Origin: Longimicrobiales bacterium
GTDB lineage: Bacteria; Gemmatimonadota; Gemmatimonadetes; Longimicrobiales; Gaopeijiaceae
NCBI GenBank assembly: GCA_965249725.1
Contig: CBDFMQ010000002.1
Span: 160,001-224,000, forward strand
Direction: 5' to 3'
DNA: 64,000 nt
Part shown: piece after piece, positions 49,404 to 59,971 of the stretch
Layout of the letters: each line of letters starts with the position of its first letter
Numbering within the stretch: the first letter of the stretch is position 1
Position numbers and translations under genes: made by a program
The notes under the pieces: model-generated
Seen by the model: only the letters and a program-made list of their open reading frames with translations
Databases searched by the model: none
What the model was told of the DNA's origin: nothing

Positions 49404-51323
49404 ATGAGAGACCTGCATCGCGCGTATCTTGACGGCCAACTCTCGCGGAGGTCGTTCTTCCAGGGGCTTGTCGCTGCAGGGTTTACGACCGCGGCTGCCG
49501 GCTCGATGGTGGATGCAGCCGAGACGGGATCCGTCGAAGTCGACCTCGACGACACCCTCGACGACTCCTTCTATACGGTGACGGGTACCGGAGCCGACCT
49601 CCTCACCGAGCAGGTCAAAGCGGCGGGCTCCAAGTACATCTTCACGAATCCCGGCTCGGTCGAGGCGGGATTCTTCGACGCCCTGACGGATCGTCCCGAA
49701 CTCCAGGTCGTGATGGGCCTCCACGAGGGCATCGTGATCCCGATGGCCGACGGCTACAACAAGGTCACCGGGACCCCCGCCTTCGTGAACGTGCACACCG
49801 TAGCGGGCACGGCCCAAAGCGCCGGGCAGCTCTACAACGCCCACAAGTACGGCGCGGCCATGATCGTCACGGCGGGGCTCCAGGACAACACGGTCTACAG
49901 TGATGACGTCGGGCTCGCTCCGGCCCCGGGGTTCAGCCAGATCGAGACGGCTCGGCAGTTCACGAAGATCTCCTGGGAGGTCCGTACCGCCGCGTCCGCG
50001 GCCGTTGCCATCCGGCGTGCCTACAAGGTCGCCTCGACGGCGCCGGGCGGGCCCGTCTACGTCGCTTTCAGTCGCTCGGCATTCAATGACAAGGCGAGCG
50101 GACCGATATGGCCGGGCGAGAACTTCATGATCGACGCCAGGCCGCGGCCGGCCGTCGACAAGGTGGAGGCCCTGGCCCGCATGCTGATCGAGGCGTCCCG
50201 GCCGATCATCCTCTACGGTGACGAGATCTGGCGGGCCGGCGCGCAGGCCGAAGCCGTCGAGCTGGCCGAGCTTCTCGGCCTACCCGCATCCACCGGGTGG
50301 AACGCCTATAGCAACTTCCCCACGCTGCACCCGCAGTACGTGGGTGGGTTTGCTCCCAACGCCGAGTATCCGCGCGGCAGCGCGGATCTGGTGATCCAAT
50401 TCGGGACTCGTGATCCCGGCGGCGCCGGCATTCCGGACGGCACCCTCCTCGATGCGAACGCGAAGTTCGTCGCGGTGGGGATCGACACCAACATGCTTGG
50501 TCGTACGCAGCCGATGGACCTCGCGATCGTCGCCGACGTTCGTGAGACGGCCCGCGACGTAATGGAAGCCGTCAAGTCGATGGTCACCAAGGATCGTCTC
50601 AACAAGATCAGAGAGGAGCGTCTCAGCCTCGTTCTGCCAGCCGTGGAATCGAGGAAGGCGAACCATCTCGCCTCGGCAAAGGCCAACTTCAACCGCAGCC
50701 CCATCCATCCGGATCAGGTGGACTGGGAGCTGGAGCAGGCGGCCGATCCGAACGCCATCATCGTCGAGGAGAACTTCACTGGACGCCACAACTTCCAGAA
50801 CTTCGGTTACAAGGACGATCAGAAGTTGAGGCTCACCAAGGGTGGGTCGCTTGGGTGGGGCGTAGGTGCGGCGATCGGCGCCAAGGTGGGAGCTCCGGAC
50901 CGGCAGGTCATCCTATCCATCGGGGACGGCGCGCTCATGTACAGCGCTTCGGGGTTCTGGACGATGGCTCGGTACGAGATTCCGCTGCTGACCTTGGTAT
51001 GCAACAATCACAACTACCAGACGGTCCGGCACGCATTCCACAATCTCGGTGGCCGCATGGCCGAGACGGGCAACTACCATGGGATGTACCTCGGCAACCC
51101 GGAGATCGATTTCGTGGGTTTGGCAGCGAGCCAAGGGGTACGTGGGAGCCGCGTGACAGCCGCCAGCGAGCTCGGCGACGCCCTCAAGGAGGGCATCAAG
51201 GAGACGAAGAACGGCCGCCCCTACATGCTCGAGATTATGATCTCACGCACGGGTGGTGGTGCTGAGTCGGACTGGCATCACAAGATGAGCGTGGCGGATC
51301 TACAAGCGAAGACGGATGGATAG
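49404..51323 (+). CDS. Thiamine-pyrophosphate enzyme (benzoylformate decarboxylase-like)
   Basis: NPGSVE, GLHE..MADGY, GDG...NN TPP motif; N-terminal SRRSFF. Confidence 0.85.
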   Translation: MRDLHRAYLDGQLSRRSFFQGLVAAGFTTAAAGSMVDAAETGSVEVDLDDTLDDSFYTVTGTGADLLTEQVKAAGSKYIFTNPGSVEAGFFDALTDRPELQVVMGLHEGIVIPMADGYNKVTGTPAFVNVHTVAGTAQSAGQLYNAHKYGAAMIVTAGLQDNTVYSDDVGLAPAPGFSQIETARQFTKISWEVRTAASAAVAIRRAYKVASTAPGGPVYVAFSRSAFNDKASGPIWPGENFMIDARPRPAVDKVEALARMLIEASRPIILYGDEIWRAGAQAEAVELAELLGLPASTGWNAYSNFPTLHPQYVGGFAPNAEYPRGSADLVIQFGTRDPGGAGIPDGTLLDANAKFVAVGIDTNMLGRTQPMDLAIVADVRETARDVMEAVKSMVTKDRLNKIREERLSLVLPAVESRKANHLASAKANFNRSPIHPDQVDWELEQAADPNAIIVEENFTGRHNFQNFGYKDDQKLRLTKGGSLGWGVGAAIGAKVGAPDRQVILSIGDGALMYSASGFWTMARYEIPLLTLVCNNHNYQTVRHAFHNLGGRMAETGNYHGMYLGNPEIDFVGLAASQGVRGSRVTAASELGDALKEGIKETKNGRPYMLEIMISRTGGGAESDWHHKMSVADLQAKTDG

Positions 51324-51402
51324 CCTCTAGAGGTCCATCTTACAGGCGGTATTCTCGCCCGCACTCGACTTGGCTGGGTGTGGGCGAGTCCCTTTCTAGG
51401 TG

Positions 51403-51948
51403 CTAGCCCCGCGGCACGGCCAGGTCGACCGTCCCCACGTCGATCTCGACCGTTTGTCCGCCGGGCCGAAGATACACGGCGATCCGGTATTCTCCGTCGG
51501 GCAGGTCGTCACCCAGGATGGTGTATGCGCTCACGAGTCCCACCCGATACTCCGCGCTCTCGCCGGGAGACAATTCCACCTCTACCAGAGCCAGGGTGCA
51601 GTCCACCACATGACCGAGATCCCACGCCAGGTCACCCTGCGCGTCATAGGCCCTCATCAGCACCACACAGCCGTCGGGGAACGTCGCCGACTGGGTCGTG
51701 CCCGATTCGTTCCTGAGTACCACGGTGCCCCCGATCTGAACCGGGAAGGACTCGGCGACCGAGAACTCGGTCACACCATACGTGATTCCGTCGACCACCA
51801 TGGGATTCTGGAGATCGGGTCCGCTTACTGTGTCGTGGCAGGCCGCAAGGGCAACGGCCTGCAGGAGCGCGCCGCACACGGCGATGCCGCGCCACGCCAA
51901 GACCCCTCTATCAAGGCGTATCCGAGTAGTCGTCCGGCTCACGTTCAT
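51403..51948 (-). CDS. Hypothetical lipoprotein (Ig-like/BsuPI-like domain)
   Basis: Lipobox LAAC; two further Cys; LSPGES and LPDGEY patterns. Confidence 0.5.
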   Translation of the reverse strand: MNVSRTTTRIRLDRGVLAWRGIAVCGALLQAVALAACHDTVSGPDLQNPMVVDGITYGVTEFSVAESFPVQIGGTVVLRNESGTTQSATFPDGCVVLMRAYDAQGDLAWDLGHVVDCTLALVEVELSPGESAEYRVGLVSAYTILGDDLPDGEYRIAVYLRPGGQTVEIDVGTVDLAVPRG

Positions 51949-52064
51949 CTATTCGATCTCCGGTGTTGTGACCGTTCGTGGGTCCGTGGTCTCAGCCACC
52001 GCTCCGATAGCCAACCACCGCTCGTAGACATAACGCCCGAGGGGGACGATTTGTGACACATAGA

Positions 52065-53507
52065 TCAGCGTATGACGTACCACTCCGTTTGGTAGGGCCG
52101 GAAATACTCGTATCCGTTCTCGGTGAGATGGCCGTCATCCTCCATCGGAATCGTCACCGTGCCCCCGTCATACTCCGGGACCGCCGTCGTCGCGCTGAAC
52201 TCGATGGAGCGGTAGGCGCCGTCTCGCAGGTAGGAGTCTCGGCCCGGCGGTGAGGACAGATCCATGTTCCGCGCGTTGATCGAAGGGCCGAGGGCGTGGC
52301 CGTGGTATCCGATGGGGTGGGAGTAGAGGCTCGGTAGGAAGTCCACGCCCCCGAGTTTGTCGGCGATCGCCAGGGTGGCCTCCCAACCCGTCATCCCGGG
52401 CCGAGGCTCGGAAGCGAACGCCTCGTGCACCAGGTTCGCGTTTCGCAGGGCGGCTTTCAGTCCCTCGGGTACGTCGTTCTCGCCATCCCGCAGGATGTAC
52501 GCCACCTTTTGCCAGTCGCTCGCAAAACCCAGGTAGTCGAACCCGCAGTCCAGGTGGATGATGTCTCCCTGCTGGAAGACGAGGTCGTCCGGAGCGGGGT
52601 GGACGTAGGGGATCATCTCGCCGGTATCGGCATCGTAGCGCTGAACCGCCACATGGATTTCGAACCACGGCTTCCCGCCGACGCCCAGCTCGGCGATGCT
52701 CTCCTCGAAGAACCACTTGATGTCCGCCGCTCGGGTCACACCAGGTGTGATGACCACATTCGAGAGGGCCCTCTGCGCGATCACGTCGGTGGCCAGCACG
52801 AGAGACCGATACGGCTCCAACTCGCCGGGCAGGCGCGTGTCGAACACCGATTCGATCAGCTGCGCCGCAGACACGAAGCGCGACTCGGCTTCGGGCCCGA
52901 GCGCATTCGCGAGGAACCGGTAGCTGTCATGGGTCAGGCCGCTGTCGTGACCACGGTTGCCGCCCATGTTCAGTCCGATGGTGGCGGGCTGATACTGATC
53001 CCACAGAGCTCGTAGTCCGGTAGGCGTGTCTTGGATACCTCTAGCGTTGCGGGCCGAGGGCATCGGTTCGAAGAACCGGCGGTAGTCCGCGGTGGGCCGC
53101 CAGTAGTCGGAATAGCTGGCGAGGCCGTCCGCCCCCCGGTCTACGAAGACCAGAACATCTCGCCGGCGTACGTATTGCAGCGGTGGCGCCACATACTGGG
53201 TCACGGCATCGGGATTGAACTCCTCGCTGACCACGATCCACATCTCGATACTGTGCTCGCGCATCTGCTCGAGGAGTAGGGGTCGCTTCTGTTCCAGCCA
53301 CTCCAGGCGCAGCTCGTACTGGGCCCGCATTCCGAGCAGCTCGGGCATCCCGGGGATCACACGGCCGTCGAACAACTCGATGGGACCCGCATGCACGTCG
53401 GCGTCGTTGCCGGACGGACGAGAAGCGGTGTCGATCCCGGTGCAGGACGTGAGAAACAAGCCCCAGATCGTGAACGCGAGGGGCACCAGTGGCTGCCGGC
53501 TGGTCAT
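52065..53507 (-). CDS. M24-family (Xaa-Pro) peptidase, lipoprotein
   Basis: GDIIHLDCG..YLGFASD, HPIGYHGH, SIE and MEDD motifs; lipobox LTSC. Confidence 0.82.
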   Translation of the reverse strand: MTSRQPLVPLAFTIWGLFLTSCTGIDTASRPSGNDADVHAGPIELFDGRVIPGMPELLGMRAQYELRLEWLEQKRPLLLEQMREHSIEMWIVVSEEFNPDAVTQYVAPPLQYVRRRDVLVFVDRGADGLASYSDYWRPTADYRRFFEPMPSARNARGIQDTPTGLRALWDQYQPATIGLNMGGNRGHDSGLTHDSYRFLANALGPEAESRFVSAAQLIESVFDTRLPGELEPYRSLVLATDVIAQRALSNVVITPGVTRAADIKWFFEESIAELGVGGKPWFEIHVAVQRYDADTGEMIPYVHPAPDDLVFQQGDIIHLDCGFDYLGFASDWQKVAYILRDGENDVPEGLKAALRNANLVHEAFASEPRPGMTGWEATLAIADKLGGVDFLPSLYSHPIGYHGHALGPSINARNMDLSSPPGRDSYLRDGAYRSIEFSATTAVPEYDGGTVTIPMEDDGHLTENGYEYFRPYQTEWYVIR

Positions 53508-54931
53508 ATACTGCACTCCTGGCCTTGGGCGTCTACCATCGGCAGGCCGGCATCGGCCCACGCGGTCATGCCGCCGGTCACGTTGTAGAGGTCGTTGAAG
53601 CCATAGCGCAACAACATGCTTATGGCCGTGCTCGAGCGATCGCCTCCGCCGCATATGACCGCGATCGCGTCGTCGGTCGCCAACTCGATCTTGTCGATCT
53701 GCGCCGGGACATCCAGCTGGGGCGCCATGCTCGTGTAGGGCATGAAGTGGGCTCCCTTGATGTGGCCCTCGTCCCATTCGTCACTCTCCCGCACATCGAG
53801 CGTGCGCAGGCCGTTGGTCGACAGCCTCTGGTGCACTTCGTCGACATCGATCTGGGGCGTCACCTCCAATGCGGGTCCCGCATCGGTCCAGGCGTCGACT
53901 CCACCGTCCAGGTAGCCGGCCACCAATCCATCCAGTGCCACGAACGCCATCTTGTAGACGCAGTCTTGCGCCTCTTCGGCGGTCTCGGTGAGCAGAAGGA
54001 GCGGTGTGTTGTCCGGGACGACCCATCCGACTCGCTGCTCGAACTCCGACGACGTGTGCTTCACGTGGTAGGAGCCGGGGATACGTCCGGCTCCGTATGC
54101 CTCCGACGAGCGCGTGTCGATCAACGCGTGCCCGGTCTCCATCAGCTCCTGCACCCGCTCCAGGGAGAGAGGCGCGGCCGAAGGGATCGTGGGGGTCAGC
54201 TCGAGATGGCCCTGATTCGTGGCCACGATATTCAGGATGTTCGCGGGCTTCAGTGGCTGATCTTCATCCATGTAGGCCCTAAACCGGTCCCGATCCTTGA
54301 TCTGGAGAGCGTCATTGTAGCGCCGCTCGTATCCGACACTTGTGACAACCTTGCCACTAGAGACGCGGCCTCAGGTGGAGCCGGCCAGGTGTCCTGGATA
54401 GACCTCCACGTGGTCGGGAAGGTCGAGGAAGCGTGGAATCGCCACGTCGAAGAGGACCGGTGCCCCCTCTTCACCCTCCTGGGCCAGGTCGGGGCGCGCC
54501 ACATCACCCACGAGCACGAAATCGGCCGTGAGAATAAACCAGGGCTCGGGCCCTCGGGGGTAGTCGTATACCAGAAGGTTGATCTGCTCGGGGCGATGGC
54601 CGGGTACATGGACGATCTCCATTCCGACCCCGCCCATCTCGATGAGGTCACCGTGCTTGACCCGAGTGGCTTCGTATGTGATCTCGGCCAATTGCGGCAG
54701 GATCAACTCGCCGCCTGTCGCCTCGGCGAGGAGTCGAGCTCCCGATACCTGGTCGGCATGGCTGTGGGAGTCGATGACGTATCGGATTGTCGAGCCTTGC
54801 TTCTTGGCCATGTCGCGGTAGGGTCGGATGTCCCAGAGGGGATCAAACACAGCACATTCGCCGGTGCGCTGGCATCCGATCATGTAGGCCGCGCAACCCG
54901 TTTCCTCGCGGATGATCGTCTCAAACCACAT
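53504..54931 (-). CDS. MBL-fold hydrolase (persulfide dioxygenase-like)-rhodanese fusion with in-frame TGA, candidate selenocysteine
   Basis: ORFs 54371-54931 (SHSHAD, PGH, GDVARPDL) and 53504-54271 (two rhodanese domains, CGGGDRS) share a frame and are separated only by TGA 54371-54373 in YPGHLAGST*GRVSSGK. Confidence 0.75.
54342..54357 (-). promoter_or_regulatory. Candidate bacterial SECIS hairpin
   Basis: GTGGCA-AGGT-TGTCAC stem-loop on the minus strand; loop begins 20 nt after the UGA and has G at loop position 2. Confidence 0.55.
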
Positions 54932-55113
54932 CGCCGTACTCCTTGGAGTGGGTGTTGCCGCCGTGCTCGAGGCCGGCTCACGACCCCGTAAAATAGCATC
55001 TGCCGGGCAAAACGCATCTGTACAGGAATGCCGATTCTACGTAATCCTACGTATCGAATCTCACTTCTCCTTGAGGCATAGTTCGTACCGAGTCCGTTTT
55101 CAAAGGAGGAGAC

Positions 55114-56325
55114 ATGAATTCGAGACTGGCACGCGCGGCCGTGCGAATAGTGATTCTGCTCGCATCGCCGGTTTCCGTACTTCAGGCCCAGGAGGCTCCG
55201 ACCCGGGAAGCTCCGACCCAGACCGGATGGGAGCCGAACGGTCTCCCCGCGATCAACTACGACTCCGACGAGGGCTTCGGGTACGGAGTCCTGCTCGAGC
55301 TCTACAACTACGGGGACGGTGGGTACGCCCCATATCGATTCACTGTTCAGCCGACGGTCTTCCTGACCACGGGAGGCCGCAGGGACTTCACGCTCTTTTT
55401 CGACACACCCCATCTCTTGCCTGCGGGCTGGCGGGCCGATGTGGATCTCGGGAGCGAGAAGCAGATCGCGTCGCCGTACTATGGGCCCGGCAACGCGTCG
55501 GTCTATGACGAGGCCCTGGAGGATACCGAGGGCCAGTATTTCTACCGCTTCGGACGCACTCGCAGGCGTGCTTCGGTGAACCTCCAGCGGACGATCGGTA
55601 GTCTGCCGCTCCGCCTCCTGATGGGGGCTGGCATCAACCGCACGACGATCGAGTCGCAGCCTGAAGACGCGGTGGAGACGCTGCTCCGTCAGGACTATAC
55701 GGGTCGGGCGATTCCCGAGGGGTGGTCCAACCACGTTCGGTTCGGACTGGTGTGGGATACGCGGGATCGTGAGACGGGTCCACGCAGCGGCACCTGGACC
55801 GAGATTCTGGTACAAGGGGTCCCCGAGTTTCTTGGTAATGACACGGGATACTTGCGTTGGACCTTTACCGACCGGCGGTATTACCCGATGGGTGACCGTC
55901 TAACGTTTGCCAATCGGTTCTTGATCCAGAACATCGACGGCGTCGCGCCGTTCTACGACCAGTACGTGGTACAGTCTTCCTTCAAGTCGCAGGAGGGGCT
56001 CGGTGGGGCCAAGACCCTGAGAGGCATTCCCAAGAATCGCTATGTGGGGAAGGGCATGTTCCTCTGGAATGCGGAGCTCCGATGGAGGGCGTACGATTTC
56101 GAAATGCTGAACCGACCCTTCCATCTGGTTCTATCGGGCTTCGTGGACTCGGGGCGGGTGTGGGCGGACGGACTGGAGTGGGAGTCGCTGGTATCCGACC
56201 TCCATACGGGGTTCGGAGGCGGTGTGCGAATCGGAGTGGGCGAGAACTTCGTTGTGGCCGTCGACGTGGGCCACTCGAGCGAGGCCACCGCGCCGTTCTA
56301 CATCGGCCTCGGGTATCTGTTCTGA
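55114..56325 (+). CDS. Omp85/BamA-TamA-family outer-membrane beta-barrel protein
   Basis: LGGAKTLRG..NRY, NAELRW, GFGGGVR and C-terminal LGYLF. Confidence 0.8.
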   Translation: MNSRLARAAVRIVILLASPVSVLQAQEAPTREAPTQTGWEPNGLPAINYDSDEGFGYGVLLELYNYGDGGYAPYRFTVQPTVFLTTGGRRDFTLFFDTPHLLPAGWRADVDLGSEKQIASPYYGPGNASVYDEALEDTEGQYFYRFGRTRRRASVNLQRTIGSLPLRLLMGAGINRTTIESQPEDAVETLLRQDYTGRAIPEGWSNHVRFGLVWDTRDRETGPRSGTWTEILVQGVPEFLGNDTGYLRWTFTDRRYYPMGDRLTFANRFLIQNIDGVAPFYDQYVVQSSFKSQEGLGGAKTLRGIPKNRYVGKGMFLWNAELRWRAYDFEMLNRPFHLVLSGFVDSGRVWADGLEWESLVSDLHTGFGGGVRIGVGENFVVAVDVGHSSEATAPFYIGLGYLF

Positions 56326-56331
56326 GTAGCC

Positions 56332-57263
56332 GTGAGAGGGGTGCGCCAGGGGGTGCGCCAGGGGGTGCGCCAGGGGGTGCGCCAGGGGGTGCGCCGGGGG
56401 ACATCGATCACCTGGTGCTCAGCGTGCCCGATTTGGACCAGGCGCTAGCTGCTTATTCACTCATGGGCTTTCAAGTCTCGCCGAGGGCCGAGCACGATGC
56501 GCTCGGGACGGCCAACCACGTGTTCGTCTTCGACTCAACGTATTGTGAGCTTCTCGGTGTCGTGCGGCCGGAGGTCGCGAAGACATCGGTGGGCGGTGCA
56601 CTGGCCGCAGGCTCGGGAGTCTCGGGGCTCGCGCTTCGCGGGAGCGCGGATGGAGCCCGTGCCGACTACGCCGAGCACGGCATCGTGGCGGGCGACGCCA
56701 TCGAGTTCTCGCGCGACGCCAGAGTGCGCGATGAGGTCCGAAGGGCGCGTTTCCGGATCAGTAGGCTCGAGGAGAACGCGTTGCCGGGGTTCTTCACCTT
56801 CGTGTGCGAGCACCTCACTCCGGACTTCGTATGGTACGCCGGGGCGGCGCTGCACCCGAATGGCGTTACGCGGATCGCAGAAGTGATCGTGCAAGCCGAC
56901 GATCCGGCGGGGGCCACCAGTCACTTCGAGCGTATTCGGCTCGGTGCCGTAAGCGAGGAGGGGGGATTCTGGGTGGCGAATCTGGGGCCCCGGCTCACGT
57001 TCCACACGCCCAGAGAGCTCGGTGACCTCTATCCGGGGCTCAACCCGGGTCCGTTGCCGCCGTCTGCAGGGGTCCGGAGCTCCGGCGTGCCGACAGACTC
57101 GGTGATGTCGGGTACGGGCGTGGTCTTCTCGACCGCGTCGATCGGCGATGCGGTATCGTGTCTCGAGGAGGGAGGCCTGCCCTACGGGACCACCGAGAGA
57201 GGGTCGGTCTACCTGCTCCCCGAGGCCGCCTGTGGGACACTTGTGGAGTTCCGGCAGGTCTGA
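56332..57263 (+). CDS. VOC/glyoxalase-like family protein (start ambiguous, possibly frameshifted)
   Basis: IDHLVLSV.DLD, GTANH, HPNGVTRI and GTLVEF motifs; GTG 56332 is out of frame by one base. Confidence 0.7.
56337..56396 (+). repeat. 12-bp tandem repeat (GGGGGTGCGCCA) x5
   Basis: Directly visible; the first unit has 4 G, the others 5. Confidence 0.9.
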
Positions 57264-57276
57264 ACTTCGGCTCGCG

Positions 57277-57759
57277 TCACAGCCACTCGATGACCCAGGT
57301 GAACTTGAACGACCCGTTCGTCCAGGCGTTCGGGCCCAGGGCGTCCACGACGGCGGCCCCGAATTCGGGATCCGAGCCCGTCTCGACGGTCACGGCGATG
57401 AAATAGGGACTGTGCGTGGTCCAGTTGTCGTAGTTGAGCGTGTAGTTCTCTTTGGCAAAGCTGTAGTCGTCGGGAAGGTAGGGGGCGAGGCCAGTAGGCA
57501 TCGCTCCTACTGAGGCGTCAGGCGGCCATTGGCTGTTGTCGGCCAAATAGCTGACCACGGCTATGCGCAGGACCTCGAGGTCGGCGACCGCGTCGACGGC
57601 CTTGGCCTTCACGAGCGCCCTCTTGAAGTTCGGTATGGCCAGGGCGGTGAGGATCGAGATGATCGCCGCCACGACCGCCAACTCCACCAGGGTGAAGCCG
57701 CGACGGTCTCCAGGTCCCAGAATCGTCCGTAGCGTCCTCTTCGTGAGCCGCGTGGTCAT
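57277..57759 (-). CDS. Prepilin-type (type IV pilin/T2SS pseudopilin) protein
   Basis: RRGFTLVELAVVAAIISILTALAIP N-methylation motif. Confidence 0.88.
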   Translation of the reverse strand: MTTRLTKRTLRTILGPGDRRGFTLVELAVVAAIISILTALAIPNFKRALVKAKAVDAVADLEVLRIAVVSYLADNSQWPPDASVGAMPTGLAPYLPDDYSFAKENYTLNYDNWTTHSPYFIAVTVETGSDPEFGAAVVDALGPNAWTNGSFKFTWVIEWL

Positions 57760-58268
57760 GGCGAGGCGCCTTCCAGAACGATCTGAGCGCTGCCCACGAG
57801 GTCCCGGAGAGACTGGTCGGAGGAATAGACGACGACCTGCTCACCTCGTACGGCGGTGATCTGGAATCCGCCGCCGCCCGCGGAGACATACTCGAGACGG
57901 TCTACTCCAACCGGGTCGGGTACCGCCTCCTCCACGTTGGTCGGCAGTCTTCCCGTCTTTTCCTGGAAGTTCAGGATCTGGACGGCAACCATGTAGACGT
58001 CCATGCGCAGGGCAGACTCCTGCACGACGGGTGGAGGTGGCGCGAACGGTCGCGGCTGTAACGAAGCGGGGGGGGAGACCCAGAGCCAGGCTGAGACCAG
58101 AATGAGCACGACTGCGGCAACGGCTGGCCCCTTGCTCGGTCCCTTGGCTTGAAGTTGGCGTTTACCCTGTCGCTCTTTACGCTCGACCTGGTCGTCGAGA
58201 ACAGCCTTGAGGGCGTCGGCCGACTCGGCTCCAGAGGAGCCGCGGCGCGGGGGGGGCTGGGCACTCAT
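57756..58268 (-). CDS. Hypothetical single-TM protein coupled to the pilin gene
   Basis: One TM segment; FQEKTGRLP resembles pseudopilin helices; ATGA overlap. Confidence 0.55.
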   Translation of the reverse strand: MSAQPPPRRGSSGAESADALKAVLDDQVERKERQGKRQLQAKGPSKGPAVAAVVLILVSAWLWVSPPASLQPRPFAPPPPVVQESALRMDVYMVAVQILNFQEKTGRLPTNVEEAVPDPVGVDRLEYVSAGGGGFQITAVRGEQVVVYSSDQSLRDLVGSAQIVLEGASP

Positions 58269-58281
58269 TGGAGATCGCTAC

Positions 58282-58869
58282 TCAACTCTTGAGCGCTCCG
58301 ATCACTTCGGACACGGACCGCTGCCAACGCACCAAGTAGGCCTCGAAGCCGTCTGCGAACCGCTGAACATCGGAGTTGGCTTCCTCGGAGAGCGACGTGA
58401 TCCGGTGCTGTACCTGGACGATCGTACTGCCATCGTCCTGCCCGATCAGGTGCATGTCGAACTCCCACGTCTCCATGTCCGGCACATAAACCACGTACTT
58501 GATGCGGTTTGGTGGATCGGATTCCACCACCGTCCAGATCTGTTGGATCCCGGCCCGCTTGTGTGTCTGGCGCAGCACGGCGCCCGGCCGACCCTCGCCG
58601 GAGGCCGGATAGAGCAGCTCTACGTCCCAGGAGGGTGCCCGGAGGCTCTTACCCGCGGGCTCAAGGGCCGGGAATACCTCGGACGGGCTCGCTTGAAATT
58701 CGACCGATCCCGTGCGTTCGATGTGTGTGGGATCGAACGAGCGTTGTGCAGATGCAGCCATCGGAGTGATCCCCATTCCGAGAACGATCGGCAGTCCGAA
58801 GAAGAGTACCGACGAAGCGGCAACGGCCTCGCTTCGTTGGGTCTGAACGGCCCCGCGCGCCTCCGTCAC
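58282..58869 (-). CDS. SRPBCC/polyketide-cyclase-like protein with signal peptide
   Basis: SVEFQASPSEVF...WTVVESDPPNRIKY pattern; start uncertain. Confidence 0.55.
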   Translation of the reverse strand: MTEARGAVQTQRSEAVAASSVLFFGLPIVLGMGITPMAASAQRSFDPTHIERTGSVEFQASPSEVFPALEPAGKSLRAPSWDVELLYPASGEGRPGAVLRQTHKRAGIQQIWTVVESDPPNRIKYVVYVPDMETWEFDMHLIGQDDGSTIVQVQHRITSLSEEANSDVQRFADGFEAYLVRWQRSVSEVIGALKS

Positions 58870-59754
58870 CTAGGGTCCGCCCGGGGGGCTCGACGGGGGA
58901 TCGACGTTGGCTTCGAGTCGGGTCACGATGATCTCCATCGGTGCTCCGCCGAGCATGTCCTTCAGGCGCTCGATCTGCGGTCTGATCATCCGTTCCATCA
59001 TGCCGCGTTGGGCCTCCGGCATGTCGGCGAGCCGTGTCTCCATCTCCTCCAACTGCTGCTCCAGTTCGGTGGGATCCATCCCGTCCGGCGCCATGGAGGT
59101 CAGTCCCTGCCATGAAATCGATGTGCGGAACGGGTGGAGGTAGCCATCCACCTCACGGTAGTCGTCCATCGTAGAAGCCATCGTCACGACCCGCGCTTCT
59201 CCGTCGTCCGTCGTGGCATCCAACTCCATCTCCATCCGGACCATCACCAAATCGGACTGATCGACATAGAAGACGGCGCTACGCGGAGTCATCGGGGCGT
59301 CCTGTCCCGGTGGAGCCCCCATATCGATGCCCGTAAAGTCGTCGATGGCCAGACGATAGGCGGGCCGCCCGTTGACCTCCTCGGTGCCGTCGACGCGGAA
59401 GCGATCCGCCCACTGCCTGTGCACACGGGCGGATCCGGACCACGCGTCTGGCCCCTCAGTGCCCTCGATGGGCATGGTCATCCCACCCACGACCGTCATA
59501 CGGGGCGTCAGCATCGGCTCACCATCGACCACCTCTTTCACCATGTAGAGCGTGGTGGCGACACCCATCGTTTCCTGCTCGATGAGGAGGTTCTCGATGC
59601 CCGAAAGTCCTTGCCGTTGCTGCTCGACCATCTGGTCGAAGATGTCCGCGGCCGACTGAGCGGCCGCGGGAGTGGCGACCGCGGTGGCCACCGCGGTCGT
59701 GACGACGCCGGAGAACAAGGCCGTCAGGACAAGGCGAGGAAGGCTGATTCTCAT
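58870..59754 (-). CDS. Hypothetical secreted protein (LolA-like fold with Met-rich coiled tail)
   Basis: Signal peptide AAA-QS; GTEEVNGRPAY and DYREVDG..HPF patterns. Confidence 0.55.
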   Translation of the reverse strand: MRISLPRLVLTALFSGVVTTAVATAVATPAAAQSAADIFDQMVEQQRQGLSGIENLLIEQETMGVATTLYMVKEVVDGEPMLTPRMTVVGGMTMPIEGTEGPDAWSGSARVHRQWADRFRVDGTEEVNGRPAYRLAIDDFTGIDMGAPPGQDAPMTPRSAVFYVDQSDLVMVRMEMELDATTDDGEARVVTMASTMDDYREVDGYLHPFRTSISWQGLTSMAPDGMDPTELEQQLEEMETRLADMPEAQRGMMERMIRPQIERLKDMLGGAPMEIIVTRLEANVDPPSSPPGGP

Positions 59755-59971
59755 GGTCCCCTCCACAAGGGCGAATGCGCTGAGCGACCGACCCCCGCGT
59801 CGCCCGCCGATGCCTCCAAGTTAGCCTCCCCAAGCGGGCTTTGCTTGTAGAAGATGTTCACCCGATCCGTTGCTCGGCGGCGAAGTCAGGCAGTAGAATG
59901 CTTCTTGATGTCCGCTGACGGCCAACCCTACGATTCATATCCCGCCCGACCGAATCCAATCGAGGTTTCCA

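Noticed and set aside
57277..58268. Complete type IV pilus or T2SS locus
   Set aside because: Only one pilin-like gene and one partner; no ATPase, secretin or platform gene nearby
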